Source of the DNA: Spizellomyces punctatus DAOM BR117
Lineage: Eukaryota
Direction: 5' to 3' (one strand)
NCBI GenBank assembly: GCA_000182565.2
Contig: KQ257459.1
DNA: 64,000 bases
The position numbers and the translations under genes are program-made. Of the stretch, positions 39,595-53,300 are shown piece by piece (within the stretch, counting starts at the first letter, position 1; each line of letters begins with the position of its first letter). Under the pieces are notes generated by a model. The model was not told the origin of the DNA. It searched no databases and worked only from the letters and a program-made list of their open reading frames with translations.

Positions 39595-42500
39595 CTATGC
39601 CGGCGGTGCTGGTTGTGGCGTTGGCAGCGGGGGCAGCCGGGACGAATTCAACGACGGGTACGATCGCGAATTTGACTTATTCTGCTATCAAAAACAAGTT
39701 GAGCGACTGCGCCATCGACTTTGTACGGCACTTTCATACTTACTCTGGTTGAAAGACCTATTGGCTGAATGACTCCTACCACGGGCGCCTTGTTGAAGAT
39801 CTTGTTGAAGTTGGCTTCCCGGTTATTGAGTTCCAACTTGTAATACTGGAGCTCCTCCTATATCAGCTGAATTGAGCCTCTGCTACAGCCGCCTTTATGG
39901 AGAGACAAGGCTCGTACCATTAACGCTTCGATTATTTGTTTTGCTTGACGCAAGTCCTCTTCAAGCTGCGCTATCCTCTGCACGTCTACCTCGCGGGGTT
40001 CGCGGTTTATGTACTTGATATCAGCTTCGTGCAACCTGTCGGTGGGATTGGTCTCTGTACATAAAGCCTAATATGACTTGAACCTACTGATTCTTCTGGG
40101 TGGCAATCTGCTTTTTGAGATACGTCTGTGCGTGCTCAAACTCTCTAAGCATTTGTTGGACTTCCTCAATGTGTTGTTCATTGTTACGGCTGATCTCTTG
40201 CTTTTGCTGATCCAGCAGATCTTCGCGAAGGGCAGCCAATTTTGACTCTGACTCTTCCCTAACATTGCGGCAGACGATGAGCTTGGCAGTTTGCAGGCTG
40301 CGGAATGTATGCAGGTTACCTAAGGTCCTCAATCTCCGCAACTCTAGCGTCAACGTCCTCTCGCAGCTGCTCAATCACATTTAACTGCTCAGTAACTTTC
40401 GTCCGCAGGGCTTCCCCGATCGACTAGCGGTGGGTAATGTCAGCGAGTTCAGTCACCCCCGTGAGCTCATTTGGGATCATATACCTTCAAGGAGATCACC
40501 TCTTCATGTAGGCTTTTGATGGCGTCTTCCTTGGAGTTAATCTCGCTACTATGTTGTTTCTCAAGGTTCTGGAGCTCAGCGGCGTGGGCTTGCTGTATTT
40601 CGGCGACTTTCGCATTCCGATCTTCCAACAACCGCTGTCTTAATGCCAACATCTCCTGCTCAAACTCCATCTTGAGATTATTTGCCTCCACCAGCCGAAG
40701 CGCTTCTGCTTCCTGTTACTGACAGTCAATTGTTTGGCACAAGCATGGAATATCTCGGCACTAATGTCACCTTTTTCGCAGCCATATTGGACATGGTGTG
40801 AAAAGCTCGCAAGTCATCCAGCTGGCGCTTATGTGCAACATCCGCCTCTTCTCTTTCTGTCTGCAGTTTCTTTTCCAGTTGTGCTAGGGCAATCGTAGAG
40901 GCCACTTTTAGCTGCGTTTCCCGACTCTGCACTTCTATCTCCCATGCTCTTCGCGCCTCCTGTAGCGCATTGTCATGCTTTTCGGCCAGGAGGATTAGTT
41001 CTTCCCTATATTTCTAAAAAACAACAGCCAATATGCGATCAGTATAGTGTCTATTATTCCGCAAGCAATATGTAACATTACCCTTCCCATGTCTTGAATC
41101 TGCTTTTGTAGCAGAGCTTTTTCTTTCTCAAGATTGGCGGCTGTTCCTTCTGCATTGGACACCATTCTTTGCATCTTGGCAATTTCCTTCTGCTGGGTAA
41201 GTCGAATAGCCTGAACCTGCTCTTCATGGTCTTTTTCCTTTTGTGCCATGGCCGCCTGCATACAGAATAAGATACATGCAGGTCGGCAATACATGATTTG
41301 AATCCATTCTCACCTGCAAGTCCTGTGCATGTCCTTGATTTAGCGAATCTCGTAGTCTTTGATTTTCGAGTTTTGCTTCCAAATCCCTGGAGAAGGTCAA
41401 TCACTATGTAACCAGGTAGCCCTTATCCTTTCCATCGAGCCCGAACCATGCGTCCGCTAGATCCAACTTCTCCTTTTCGAAATTATCTCTCATTTCGGTC
41501 CGGATTTGTTCATCGATATGCACCATCTTTTGGAAAAGATCAGCTTTGTCAACCTCGAGTCCTCGGATGGTCTCGCTTTGATGCTATTGCGTATGATGAA
41601 TAGGGTGCTCGGCGAGATAGTTTTCCTCCCTGTTCCATCCTCGCAACAAACCTGAATTGTGATAAGGTGCTTTGAAATCTCCATCATTCTGTCTTCCAGA
41701 GTGGAAGTGACGTCTTCCAGATGGTGTGCTAGATCTGCCATTTCCTTCTCCTTGGTTTTCAGGAGTTCCTGCGTTCCGAGGTCATTTGGTGAATTTAACC
41801 GCCTTATAAATGTTGCGACACTATAAAAGACATGCGAACACACCTTCAAAGCCTCCTCTGTGTCTTTGGCAGCCCGCTGCAGCTGCTCCATCTGTCGTTC
41901 GGATGCTTCCCGATGATCCGCAAATTGCTGCTGTAAGTCAACGATTTCCTGCGGGGTGTGAAATATGAGACTCAGAGAAGGACGCATCCAAATTGCCGAG
42001 CACTACCGTACTTGAACTTTCTTTTGAAGAGCCTCATCGTGCTTTCTCTGCGCTTCCAACAGCTGCTCAGACATTTCCGCAGTAAACGCAGCTTGTAATT
42101 CACTTTTTTGGAGTGTTAGGGACGTTGCCAAAAGCTGGAAAGCCGGCGTATAGCTTGAGAACCTCTGGAAACAAAATCGATAATGACCTCCGGAAACACG
42201 AATGTACCTCTTCGTGTTTTAAACGCTCGGCTTGCATTTGCTGCTCCAATTCTTCGTACGCTTTGGCTGTGCACGAAGGGGAGACGGAAAGGTTGGCATT
42301 TAACACTCGCTGTCAGTTAATGAGCGAACCAGCTGACCCTAAGGCAACCTTGCGCAAGGAATTTCCTTTCATTCTCCATCTTCTCTGCATCATATAGTTT
42401 CATCTCTTCTTGTAGTTTATTTAACGTTCTATTTATAAATTTAAGTGAATTTGACGAACTGAGTCAAGATGCGTTCTCGTACTCACGCTAGCGTCGTTTG

Positions 42501-44350
42501 ATGTTGAGCGGTAAGAGCATCCAGATCTGACTTTATGCTTGCCTTTTCATCGGCCTCCTGCGTCAAAGCAACCGACAAATCTGCGAGTTGCTTCTCTTTT
42601 GCGTTTGACAGCATTTCCAGATTCCGCGTACGTTCATCTGCAGACATGACAACGTCAATACGACCATCAACCTGTTGACATATACAGCGTGGAGAGACAT
42701 CGAAGCCGCACCAGCAATATTGAGCTTCGTCACCATTGTTGCAATATCCTATAATGAAAAGTATAAAGTGCCTCGTCCTTCCCGCACAAGCACCTCCCGC
42801 ATTCACCTTTTCCAAACTACTTATACGATTGCTGTAGTCTTCGAGCTTGATTTTCGAATCGCGCAGTTTTATTGTGGTCTGATTTAATTCACCTTCAAGC
42901 TCCAAAGCCTGATCGCCTTTCCTTTGGCACCACAAAATAAACGTCATACGACGTAGCAATGTCTCCAACCCAGAAATAGTCAATACATACTGTTGCAGGG
43001 TCTGCTTCGTTTCCTTAAGGGCTGCCTGACTTTCTAGAAGCCGTTCATGCTCCTGATATCCCAAGATGATTAATTGATACATTCATCGTATCAGCTATCG
43101 GCTTTCACTCAGTCAATACCTGCTCATATGCCGCTGTGAGCCTTGTTTCCAGTGTTTTAATCTGAGCTGTACTGTCTTTGACTTGATCATCCAAAGCTTG
43201 CCGCAATTGCTTAATTTCTTGCTGCTGGAACTTGATTTCATCTTGATGCTTTTATTTTGTTTCATATTGAGTATGATGTTGGTACTGTGACTATTGTCAT
43301 GTGTACCCACTCGACTTTTGACTGTTGAGACGGCATCTTTGAGGCTATCATCAAGTTTCTGTCTGTCATCGTTCACCGCTTGAAGTTTCTTTGTGTACTC
43401 GGCTCTGAGTGCCTCCAGCTGTAGGGGATGTTGGCGGTCGTGTAGTATTTACAGCAAGAACTCAAGGTAAGAACTTACATCGACAAGACTTTGCCGTTTG
43501 ACCTCTTCCAGTTCTTTCTCGTGTTTATCGGACTGCTCTTGCAGCATGGACTCATAATTGGACCGTAACCCCGATGCTTCTTCCTCTTCTTTGCAGCGCA
43601 GCTTTACAGTTTTTTCCATCTCTTGCAACTGCTCTTCATGCGTGCGCGCTGTCTCTATCTTTTCTCTTTCGGCTCGTCAGTTTCGCAGGCGGCACCCGGC
43701 AACATAGATAATAGTTTCCAAACCTTTCAGCTTCGTTAAGAGAATCTTCTAGTTCCGCTACCCTTTGTCTAAGGGTGTCTAAACCCGCCTCATGCGTGGA
43801 GATCGTTTCTAGATAGGACTATCCAATGGAAATCAGCATCACAGCAAGCAGCTGGGGATTCGCCTGTAGACTAATTGATCCACCTGAATCACTTCCTCAT
43901 GTGCTCTGAGTTTTAATTCACCATCTTCTACTTTAGATTGCAAAACTTGAATTCTACTCTGCCCGTCCTCAACAACCTGACAAAAATCATTAGAAACTCT
44001 TCGGAAGATCTATATAGGTTCCGTGTACACCTCTTGTATTTCATCTTCGTATGCTTCAGCAAGACTTTGAATCTCCGTTGTATGATCTTCATTTTTGGTA
44101 TTCAGATAGTATATAACTTTCGTCAACTGAGCAATTTTCTTTGAAAGTTTATACACGACATCGGGAGGGGCCGCTACCCCCTTTGCAGACAGACTTAAAG
44201 AGGAAGAGGATGATGATTCGGCCAATTTATCTCCTCGGGACCGTCTAATGGAAAGATGTCTTTGACATGGCGACCAGCACGCCGTCCTTGGAACTGGGCA
44301 ACTCAACGACCTTTATCGTTCGGAGATCTCGCTGACTCAGCGACTAACAT
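39595..44350 (-). CDS. FAM184A: FAM184-family long coiled-coil protein, multi-exon
   Basis: N-terminal KLSKKIAQLTKVIYYLNTKNEDH..EAYEDEIQ and C-terminal YINREPREVD..YYKLELNNREANFNKIFNKAPVVGVIQP match FAM184A/B termini as I recall them. Heptad-rich exons lie between. The first exon (ATG at 44350) is tentative. Confidence 0.85.
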
Positions 44351-44390
44351 GTGACACCGAGGACCAGGTCCTGGATCTTGTGAACCGCGT

Positions 44391-44521
44391 NNNNNNNNNN
44401 NNNNNNNNNNNNNNNNNNNNNNNNNNNNNNNNNNNNNNNNNNNNNNNNNNNNNNNNNNNNNNNNNNNNNNNNNNNNNNNNNNNNNNNNNNNNNNNNNNNN
44501 NNNNNNNNNNNNNNNNNNNNN
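44391..44521. other. Assembly gap (131 N)
   Basis: Run of N. It probably hides the TRAPPC10 start codon and part of the FAM184/TRAPPC10 divergent promoter. Confidence 1.
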
Positions 44522-47500
44522 GAGGCTACCACTACGTAATATCGCCTGGCAAAATCCTCTGCGCATCTCGAGAGGGAACACCAGTGCGCCTCGAGTGATT
44601 AGCGTGCTACAAGCAGACCTGAAAAGATACTCGCCGGACATGTTTCCTCGGGCAATGCCAGGAAGATTGTACCACAGTCCATACTTTTTACATTTGTATT
44701 TGGTTACCACCGATGTAAGTTCTAGCCAGCATGGCGAGTCGGATGGGAAGATATTTCGTTCTCAGAGTCTACCACCTCATGTGTATTATTTTACGAATAT
44801 AAAATACACAATTCTGAGCCTCTTCTCGTTTTGGGATTAGGATAATGAACTTTATAAAACCGTCATACGCAAGCAAATCCAGGACTGGTTGAATGTTGTG
44901 GCGAATAAAAAGAATCAAGAATGGTTGATTGTGTATGTGTCCAGCCCTGAATCGAGAGGAAAATCTGCAAGATTTTTGGGAGTTGGCGCCAGTGTTTTTG
45001 ATCGCATTAAGTCAGATTTCAATTTCAAGAAGGAACGGTGGGTTTATCATGCTAAGGAATGCATGGAATTACGAAGGGTTTTGACTGTAGATTCTACTAG
45101 CTGCGTCCGCGTCAAGCTTTACAATGATGTCAGCAAAGATGCAGACTCGTGGACAGAGCTGCAGAATCATATGAAAGATGGCATTGTAAATAGCTTGAAT
45201 CAACAGATACTCCAATATGATGAGGACACTCGGCGCTTTGATCAACAAAGGCTGATGCCCGGATGGAATTATTGTCAATATTTTATCATGAAAGTACGTT
45301 GTTGGAGGATCCGAAAGCAACGTCAGACTCCGACTGATAGATGTTTGTCCACATAGGAAGGATTGGCGTACACCTTTGAATTGATGAACCTGTTTGATGA
45401 GGCTCTCATACAATATGATGAATTGGAAGCATCCTTCTTTCAAACACTAGCAGGTGGCTATTGAACGGCATATCTAAAGTATGACGCCCATGTAACCTTC
45501 AATATTCAGAGCAGGGCGCTCCCTGGTTCGCAAAGTTTGGTGGCACCGAGCCAGAAGATGACAGTGGGGACATTCTGAATATCAAAAGAAAACCGTACCG
45601 AGATATGATAATGCAAAACACGATCTCCATTTTTGACTTTCGGATGTATTTGTTCGCGCGACAGTGCCAATTACTTTTTCGGATGGGCTATGCCGTAGAC
45701 ATCTGTCAGAGGGCAAAGGTCTTCATTACGCAGTTTGCACGTACAATTCAGGAGCATCAGGTGTGTTCATCAGTTGAGCATGACAGCAACACCTTGCATT
45801 GATATCTTTCGAAGGTATCTTTGATTTCCTGTTTCCGAGAATCGTGGATTTATTCTGCATGCATGAACGTTATTGGGCACTGCGAAGAGTTGGTAGCTGT
45901 CTCAACACTACCCTCCGAGGTTCTCACATTTTATGAGGGCGCAAAGGCGGATTTGTTGCAGTACGCGCGGATGCAGGTAAATAGCGCTAACAGCAGGGCG
46001 AACCGATGCACCGTCCGATCATGTACTTAAAGAACAATAGTTGGATAGCCTAGGATTAGCATCCAACCTTTTCCCCTATTCTATTCATGCAAATATGCGG
46101 GGATTGGAGACTGCCAATCTGGAGCTATTGAACGGGAATGGAGCTGCCCCCAACGTCCAGGTTGACGCAAGAACAGTCGCAGATATTACCAATTCGGAGC
46201 TGAAAGAAGCCATGTCATCTATTGCTGCTTTTGATGATCTGTATCTGGTGAGGTACAATGATTGTCCTACGAAAGGAAACAGTTCTAATGTCAGGGCAGA
46301 AAATCACCAACAGAGCGGTAAAGAGCTGCGACGCGAGTGCACATAGCAGAGCAATGTGGCTTCTGAAAGGCGACATTGCATATTTGCACTAGTGAGTGTC
46401 TCGTCTAAGTTCCTGGTCGCTTCGCCGTCACTCAGAGTAGGCTTATAGCACGCGCAACCGATATGAGGACGCCGCCAGCATATGGGAAACGATGGTCTTC
46501 AAGTACTCTGAGAATGGGTGGACTGGTCTGGATAACCTGGTCATTGAGAAACTTGCAATTTGCCAGAAAACATTGAACCACGTTGCTCAATATCCTTCTC
46601 GCCTCACTTGCTTGATGAACTTCCTATCGTATTGTCCTTAACCAAGGTGTACATATCTCGACTCTTGTCTTCATCTAGTCGTAACTTCCGAGATGCTTTC
46701 TGCGGAACGTGTGTCACATTTTGCAAATGAGTTTTTATGGGCAGCCTCGAATCTTGATCATGGTATGCGATGTCGACCAGATTTTTATGACGCCACGGAG
46801 AAGTTAACTGTTCAGAAGTCATAAAGAAGCAGGACAGCGCCGTAATCAGTGTCGCTATCTTGTCCGTGGTGAACGAAATTGGAGATGATGATGGCTTGGT
46901 GGTTGCCGTCGAAGTTCAAAATCACCTGCCACAGGTTTGCTGCTCAGCTGCGCAGAATGTGAGACCTGCGTACGTTAAAATTGAATAACAGGCTTTCACT
47001 GCGGACGAGCTCCGCTTATCTTTGACTGGTGGTGACATGGGAGACCATCATTGCAGGGCTACCAACCTGAAAGTGGAACCTGGCGCAAACAAAATTCTGT
47101 TGACGGGAGAGGTCAGTTCTCAGTTCAACCTTCTCATCTCACAAACGGTCGCCGGTGCTGAATGATGGTCGACAGAAAATTACAATCTCGGGTACTTATA
47201 CGGTCGGCTTGACGACATTGCAAATTGGAAAGTTGCAGCTCGAGTACCGGAGTAGAACGTCGTTTCGCGTGACTGGCAATCCAGTTCCTGTGAGAATATT
47301 GGCAGGTCTTCCGGACAAAAGTACGACATCATATGCTCTTGTGCGCGGGTCCTTCGTACTGTTTCTGAATAATTTCTGTCGCTCCTCCTAGTAACGTTTG
47401 GTGAAACAAACAACAGTCTGCAGATTAAGTTATTTACCGGCCATCAAGCGATTAAAGGCGGCAGTTTGGTAATTTCTGCGCTCACACCGGTGTCCTTTCC

Positions 47501-49382
47501 TACAATGAAATCTGTACTGTTCCGAACAACGTCCAGTTTAGGTATGCCCCATTCGAAATTGGTCAATGGATACGTCCGATGGCTGACATGATAGTAGAGG
47601 AAACTGCCCACGCGAAAGAGCGTACAATTGATACCACGGAAAACAGAATTCTCCTGCCAGCTTGTGAGCAGCACGAGATGGTCACATTCTACGTTCCTTT
47701 CAACGAATCAAATGACACTATGTCCCATGAACACAAGGTGCCATTTTCGCTTACGGGAACTGGCATTGCTGATCATGAGACTAAGTACAATTTAGCTGAG
47801 AATCCTTTTGGATTACACGACAGAAGGCGACAAACGATTCACATGTGCGGTGATTGAGAGGATTAATCTGTCGCCTTCGTTCGACTTGAATTACTCCATC
47901 ACCTACAGTCCGACTGGGTTAGAGCATGTGCGGAACGTATCGTAGCATAAGTACGCTCAAACCTGGTAATTACTAGGTCTCTCTTGCAATACACTCTGAG
48001 AGGAAACGAATCTGTGCCGATTCGCATTCTGCAAGCAAGGATCGACCTGACCCCTATCCATCAACCTGTAGCGTATTCAGATGTACAGGGAATGGTGAGG
48101 GGCCTTTGCAGAGAACCAATTGGTGCTGTGGGCAAGTTGCTAAACACGTCAGCAGGTGATCTTTCATAGTCAAGTAGTGCCATTACTGTACAAGCTGGAA
48201 CCCAACAATGCACCGCCTTCAGGTTCGTTTAGTGATCCGCAAGTATTTGTTGTAAAGAGCATACCACCGACTGGTGCCTGGATCATCAGATGTCTCCAAG
48301 AAGACGGCAAGCTATGAGCCCTCGGACGTAAAAGTACAGTTGACTTTGAACTATTATTCCTTGAAAGAAGGTTCGTTACTGTTGCAGGGTTTCATAGTGA
48401 TAGGTTCGGGCACAAGGCTAGCATGTTGATGTCCATATCCTACCGTCAGAGCTCGAAGCATATTTGCTAGACAACCTTAGTCGCTGCCTTGTTGAACGTA
48501 ACATGGCCAAATACTCGGCATGTCTTGCTCACTTTGTTCGAGAGAGCATTGTACCGAACATCGACTATCTGTGCTACGCTGTCAAGAAAAGTGTGTCGCT
48601 CCCACCAGTGGACTTACCTGCATTGGAGGCAATCTTGAATTCACAACCTGCACAGATAATCAAGGATATCGGTGATTTTATGAACGATTTTTCAAAGGTT
48701 CGCGCTTGGATGTGTTCTAATAACCGATCAGGCCACAAGCGCTCAAAGTGCCCTGTTAGAAATTTTCGGTAATATCAGAGGCTGATGCGCAGCAAGCGAA
48801 GGGGCTTACCATCAAAACACTCGTATACCACACCGAATCCCCGCTTTGCAAGGTTGCATGAAAGCTGTATTGTATTGCATGGGTGGTTTCCCTCCTGCTA
48901 ACTTCCGGTTTCTTCCCTCCTATAAAGGTGCTCCTCACAGCTAAAGTTAGTGTACGAAAAGCTGCGGCTACGGCTGAAGGTGTCGTCGTGAGCAAGCCTT
49001 TGCCATGCTGTCTGCGAATCACGTCTGCTCAGTGGGAGGACGCGAGCAGCGAGATTCCTCTCATTTACGAGATAACAGTGGACCACACCAGCTGGATGTT
49101 TTCAGGGAAGAGGAAGCAAGCGTTCACGCTAAAGGTATATTGAATGCGCTAGGTTTTGTGAATGCTGCAATCTGAGAAATAATTTCCTTTGGAAAGGCGG
49201 AGGGATCTGCAGAGTTCCCGTTCACCCTCATTCCTGTCAAAACAGGACGACTGCTACTGCCTCAAGTTACTATCCGTAGTTCGTCAACGGTTGTGCAGAC
49301 AGTATATCCCACGAATTCCTTGAGTATCCATAGTTCTGCACCATTGCATGCCCAAATAGCCCTAGGTCTCGCTGACTTTTAA
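44522..49382 (+). CDS. TRAPPC10: TRAPP II subunit TRAPPC10/Trs130; 5' end lies in the gap
   Basis: RLPLRNIAW, PYFLHLYLV, EWLIVYV, VFDRIKSDF, QRLMPGWNYCQYFIMK|EGLAYTFE..ALIQYDELE, ISIFDFRMYLFARQ, WMFSGKRK, LIPVKTGRLLLPQV. Confidence 0.93.
46590..46652 (+). other. U12-type (minor spliceosome) AT-AC intron in TRAPPC10
   Basis: 5' end ATATCCTT, branch site TCCTTAAC at 46635-46642, 3' end GTAC. The intron is 63 nt with an in-frame TAA, and its removal restores CQKTLNHVAQ|YLDSCLHL. Confidence 0.9.
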
Positions 49383-49438
49383 GTGCTAGTACATCATGAC
49401 GTATTATTTATATATTTCCAGCTACCGGTTATTGCTCA

Positions 49439-50039
49439 CTACCAAAACTCCTTGTTCTCTTTTGCGATTCGAGCTTTCTAGATAGATGTGTAGGTGACAG
49501 CTTGCGCTAATGCTAGAACAGTGACCATGGCATACCTCAATTATATAGGTTCCCTCTTTGTACTTTTGGCTCTGCTCAAAGGCAAAAAGATATTTCCAGC
49601 CAACTACTGTGCGACAGACAGTGCAGGAGATATCCGCGACTGTGTGAAGCCCCGTAATAAGGAGCCGATCTTCTTTCGCGCCCACTGCAACGTTTTCACT
49701 TGAAAAAGCATATAGCTCAGCGTAATCACAGGAAAGAATAACAAGACGACGTGCTCACGCAGCACAAAACAGGTACGCCCTTGAAGTTCTTCCCATAAAA
49801 GCTCTCGAGATCAAGTCTTTGAAGCAAGTTAAGGGAATATCGGGAGAAACAAAAATCAAACGATCTGCGAACCTTCATGGCTAGCCAAATGAGCTGCCGT
49901 CAGACAGTCAATGAGTACATTGTAGTCCAGTAGAACTGGCAGTAAACAGCTGCTTCCACCGCTGACACATACTCTGACATTGAAGACATACATATATACA
50001 GTCCCCAGAAAGGTAGGTTAGTCGCTTTGGCGAGGCCAT
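49439..50039 (-). CDS. Yippee/Moh1 zinc-binding protein
   Basis: Spliced protein: [79 protein letters not shown], with two CxxC motifs. Confidence 0.93.
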
Positions 50040-50369
50040 GGCATTTCATTAAAACTTGAAAAGGTGAATGCGGGTGTAAAGTCCACCTGCTGGCTGCTTG
50101 CTTACGCAGCGCTGTCTCACGTGTTGCGCAGCACTGGTTGTCGTTTGACGTCAGATTCAAAGTCACCTCGATAACTGTTCTGGTGAGATAATTTGGGCAT
50201 TCATCACGAATATTGCGACGCGAGACGTTGAACACTCGTTTGCTGTACTGTGGATATTTGGCGCCTATAGGGTGCATGTGCTTGCGTTTGATTCTATCCT
50301 GGAGGAATTATTCCACAAATATCTGGGCAGAGGAGCTGTTTGTGAGGCTCTAGCACGGAGCTTCTCGCG

Positions 50370-53300
50370 ATGTTTGAAAAGTTTATCGCACCGGTGATAA
50401 ATAAGGTGAGCCAATTTGAGGTTTGAGACTTGCGTATAACAGCATGGCTAATATTGCCTTTCTCGCAGGTCCTTGGCGATTATGTTGGAAATTTGGAAAG
50501 TAAACAGCTGAGCATTGGGATATGGCAGGGTACATATCTATATCTGTTTTATAATAATATCGAGATTCTAAACTCGATTGGGCCTGTAGGGGATGTTGCG
50601 CTGCATAACTTGCGATTGAGAAAAGATGCCTTGGATAAATTTAATCTGCCTATTGAAGTTTTGGAAGGTGCGAAGAGGGGCGGCTGTCTAGTATGAATGT
50701 AGCCGTAACATGTGGACTCAAATTGGGAGATCTTAGGTTACCTGGGGGACCTGACACTTAGCATACCGTGGAATGACTTGAAGAACAAGCCAGTAAAGAT
50801 TTTCATCAACAATGTTTATTTGCTGGCGAGACCCAAAGCGGCTGGCGACTACGATCCGATCGAGGAAGATGAACGGATGCAAAAAGCAAAACAGGAACGT
50901 CTTGAAACCGCAGAGATGATCCTAAACCGCAAAAAGGAACCGCAGCTTGGTGAGCTATGATGCTACTGCGAATCTTGCGCCAGGTGACATAACTGAGCGG
51001 TCTGTCATGTCTTTCTAGAGGGAAAACAGAACGATACTACCTTCATGACGCAGCTTGTGACAAAGATCGTTGATAATCTGCAAATAACAATGAAAAACAT
51101 ACATATCCGATATGAGGATAGTTTGAGTAACCCATCAGTGTGTAGCCGTATATTTACTTTCTGATATCGGCTTCTGTATTTAACTCGTTGCTCACATGTC
51201 GTTTCATCTCAGAATCCTTTCTCGGTCGGCATTACTCTAGAAGAGCTCTCCGCGGTGTCATGCGATCAAAATTGGCAGCCGGCATTCATCCATGAACAAA
51301 CTGACATGATTCGAAAGGTAGCCTTCCCGATTGACGTGAATTGCTGCTTTGGGTTCTTATGCATTCACAGCTATCTAGACTTGGGAGCCTTGCTCTGTAT
51401 TTTAACACGCATTCTGAATCATTTTCCGGGAAGTCACCGGAGGAATTTATGAAGATTTTCCATGAATCGGTGCGTCAAATTGTAGCGTCATAATTACATT
51501 GAAGCTAATTTAGGCCATTGCACAAGATCGCAACAGGCGAACGGATTCCAATCAATCAGCAGTACATCTTAAAACCAGTCTCGGGTACTGCAAGAGTATG
51601 TTACCGTTCGATTTGGGCACTGTGACATATCCCATCAACACTTGTGATGCAGCTGAAAACTTACAAGAAACAACCCATTGACGACGCACGTCACACTGCG
51701 TGGTTGGAATTCGACGAGCTAGGCTTTGTCCTGGATAGGGCGCAGTTCACAAACTCAATCTCTCTACTGGGAGCATTTTCGTCCTACCTTCGATCACACA
51801 AGGTACGACTTTACACATTCTTGTCTGTGACTTTGGACTAACGTCCTACATTTGACGTTTGTTCATAGTACCGAAAATTCCGGCCGCCGCGCACGATTAC
51901 ACCAGTCATGGACCCGAAAGCTTGGCTAAAATATGCCGGTCAGTGTTACTTTACCAGAAGCTGTGGAGCGTCTGCTAATTCGAAATCATATCCTCAGCTA
52001 ACTCGATACTGTCCGATATACATGAGAAAAACCGCCGTTGGACATGGGCGTATTTTGAGGAGCGGCGGAAGGATCGTCTCCTCTATATCGAGCTCTACAA
52101 GCGCCAGAAAGAGGGAACCCAGTCCCTGGAGGTAATACCTTGTCTTCCATTTCGCGGATCTATGTAGTGTATCTTATCGGACCACAGGATCGAGTCCTAC
52201 TTAGTGACCTCGAAAGAAAGCTGTCATTTGAGGACATCTTACTCTACAGATCCGTCGCACTATCGCAGATGCGTAAATCAGCACCTACTAGTCCAAGTTA
52301 GTTCAGCAGTTGCTACAAGCGGTATCTTCTATTTCGAAAAAAGTACTTATCTCCCATTGTTCAGCCAAACTCGTCGAAAAGGAAACACCAAAGTCCACCA
52401 CCTGGAGTACTTTGAGCAATTGGTGGGGAGGAACATCGAAAACTGAGGTACTCCAAAGAGTGGTCGGGTTTGTCGTTTCCAGGCATGCTGAGATTCCATG
52501 ATAAACAACTCTTCATTGTAGGCATCAAAGTCTGGAGATAGTTTTCTAACAGACGATCAAATGAAGCAACTGTATGATACCATCGAATTTAATCCAGACG
52601 CGCCTACCGCAGCAGTCGAGCTTCCTCAAGACGTAATGTGGCACGCTCTGAACCTTTCATAGATGGTCCAAAAATAATTGTTTATTCTGGCTTAGGCGGT
52701 TCTCGTCAGCCTGCGGTCCCATTTGAAAAGTGGCTCACTGGCACTGAAAGATGCGCCCTCGGGTGCGGATACTTCTCTAATGTCTCTCATCTTCCAAGAC
52801 TTCCGTGCTAACGTGACGCAATATGTCGCGTCTTTGATGGGAAATATTACCTTGGGCAATATGGTTCTTAATGACAGCACCACCCCGGGGACTCTCTACC
52901 CGACGCTGATACAGGCGAAAAATAGAAAGGAAGATTTAGAAGCCAAGTGAGTCACGCGTCCTTTTTCAAAACTCTCTCTCAATACCAACCTCCGGCATAG
53001 GGAGCTGCAAGGCCCCTTCTTCAAGATGCAAGTTGAACATAACCCGTTAGATGGCCGAGCAGATGATGCCGTCTCGATCGTGATGTTACCTCTGCAAGTT
53101 GTCTATAACCCTGTTGCCATTAATACATTGGTCGGATTTTTCACACCCCCGCCCTCAGAGTTTGACATGGTGTCGACAATTCAGGTAAGCGCCCTCTGTT
53201 AGAAAGCGTATTTCGTAAGATTTTTATCGATCTCCCACAGGCCGTCGCGCAAGACACATTTGAAGGATTGACCGCGCAAACCAGGGCAGGGCTGGCTTAT

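Noticed and set aside
49818-49872. Yippee intron with CCCTTAAC near the acceptor
   Set aside because: The donor is GTTCGC, not RTATCCT, so it is best read as U2-type.
50257-50264. E2F-like TTTGGCGC in the yippee/VPS13 promoter
   Set aside because: A single short match is expected by chance, and neither gene is an obvious G1/S target.
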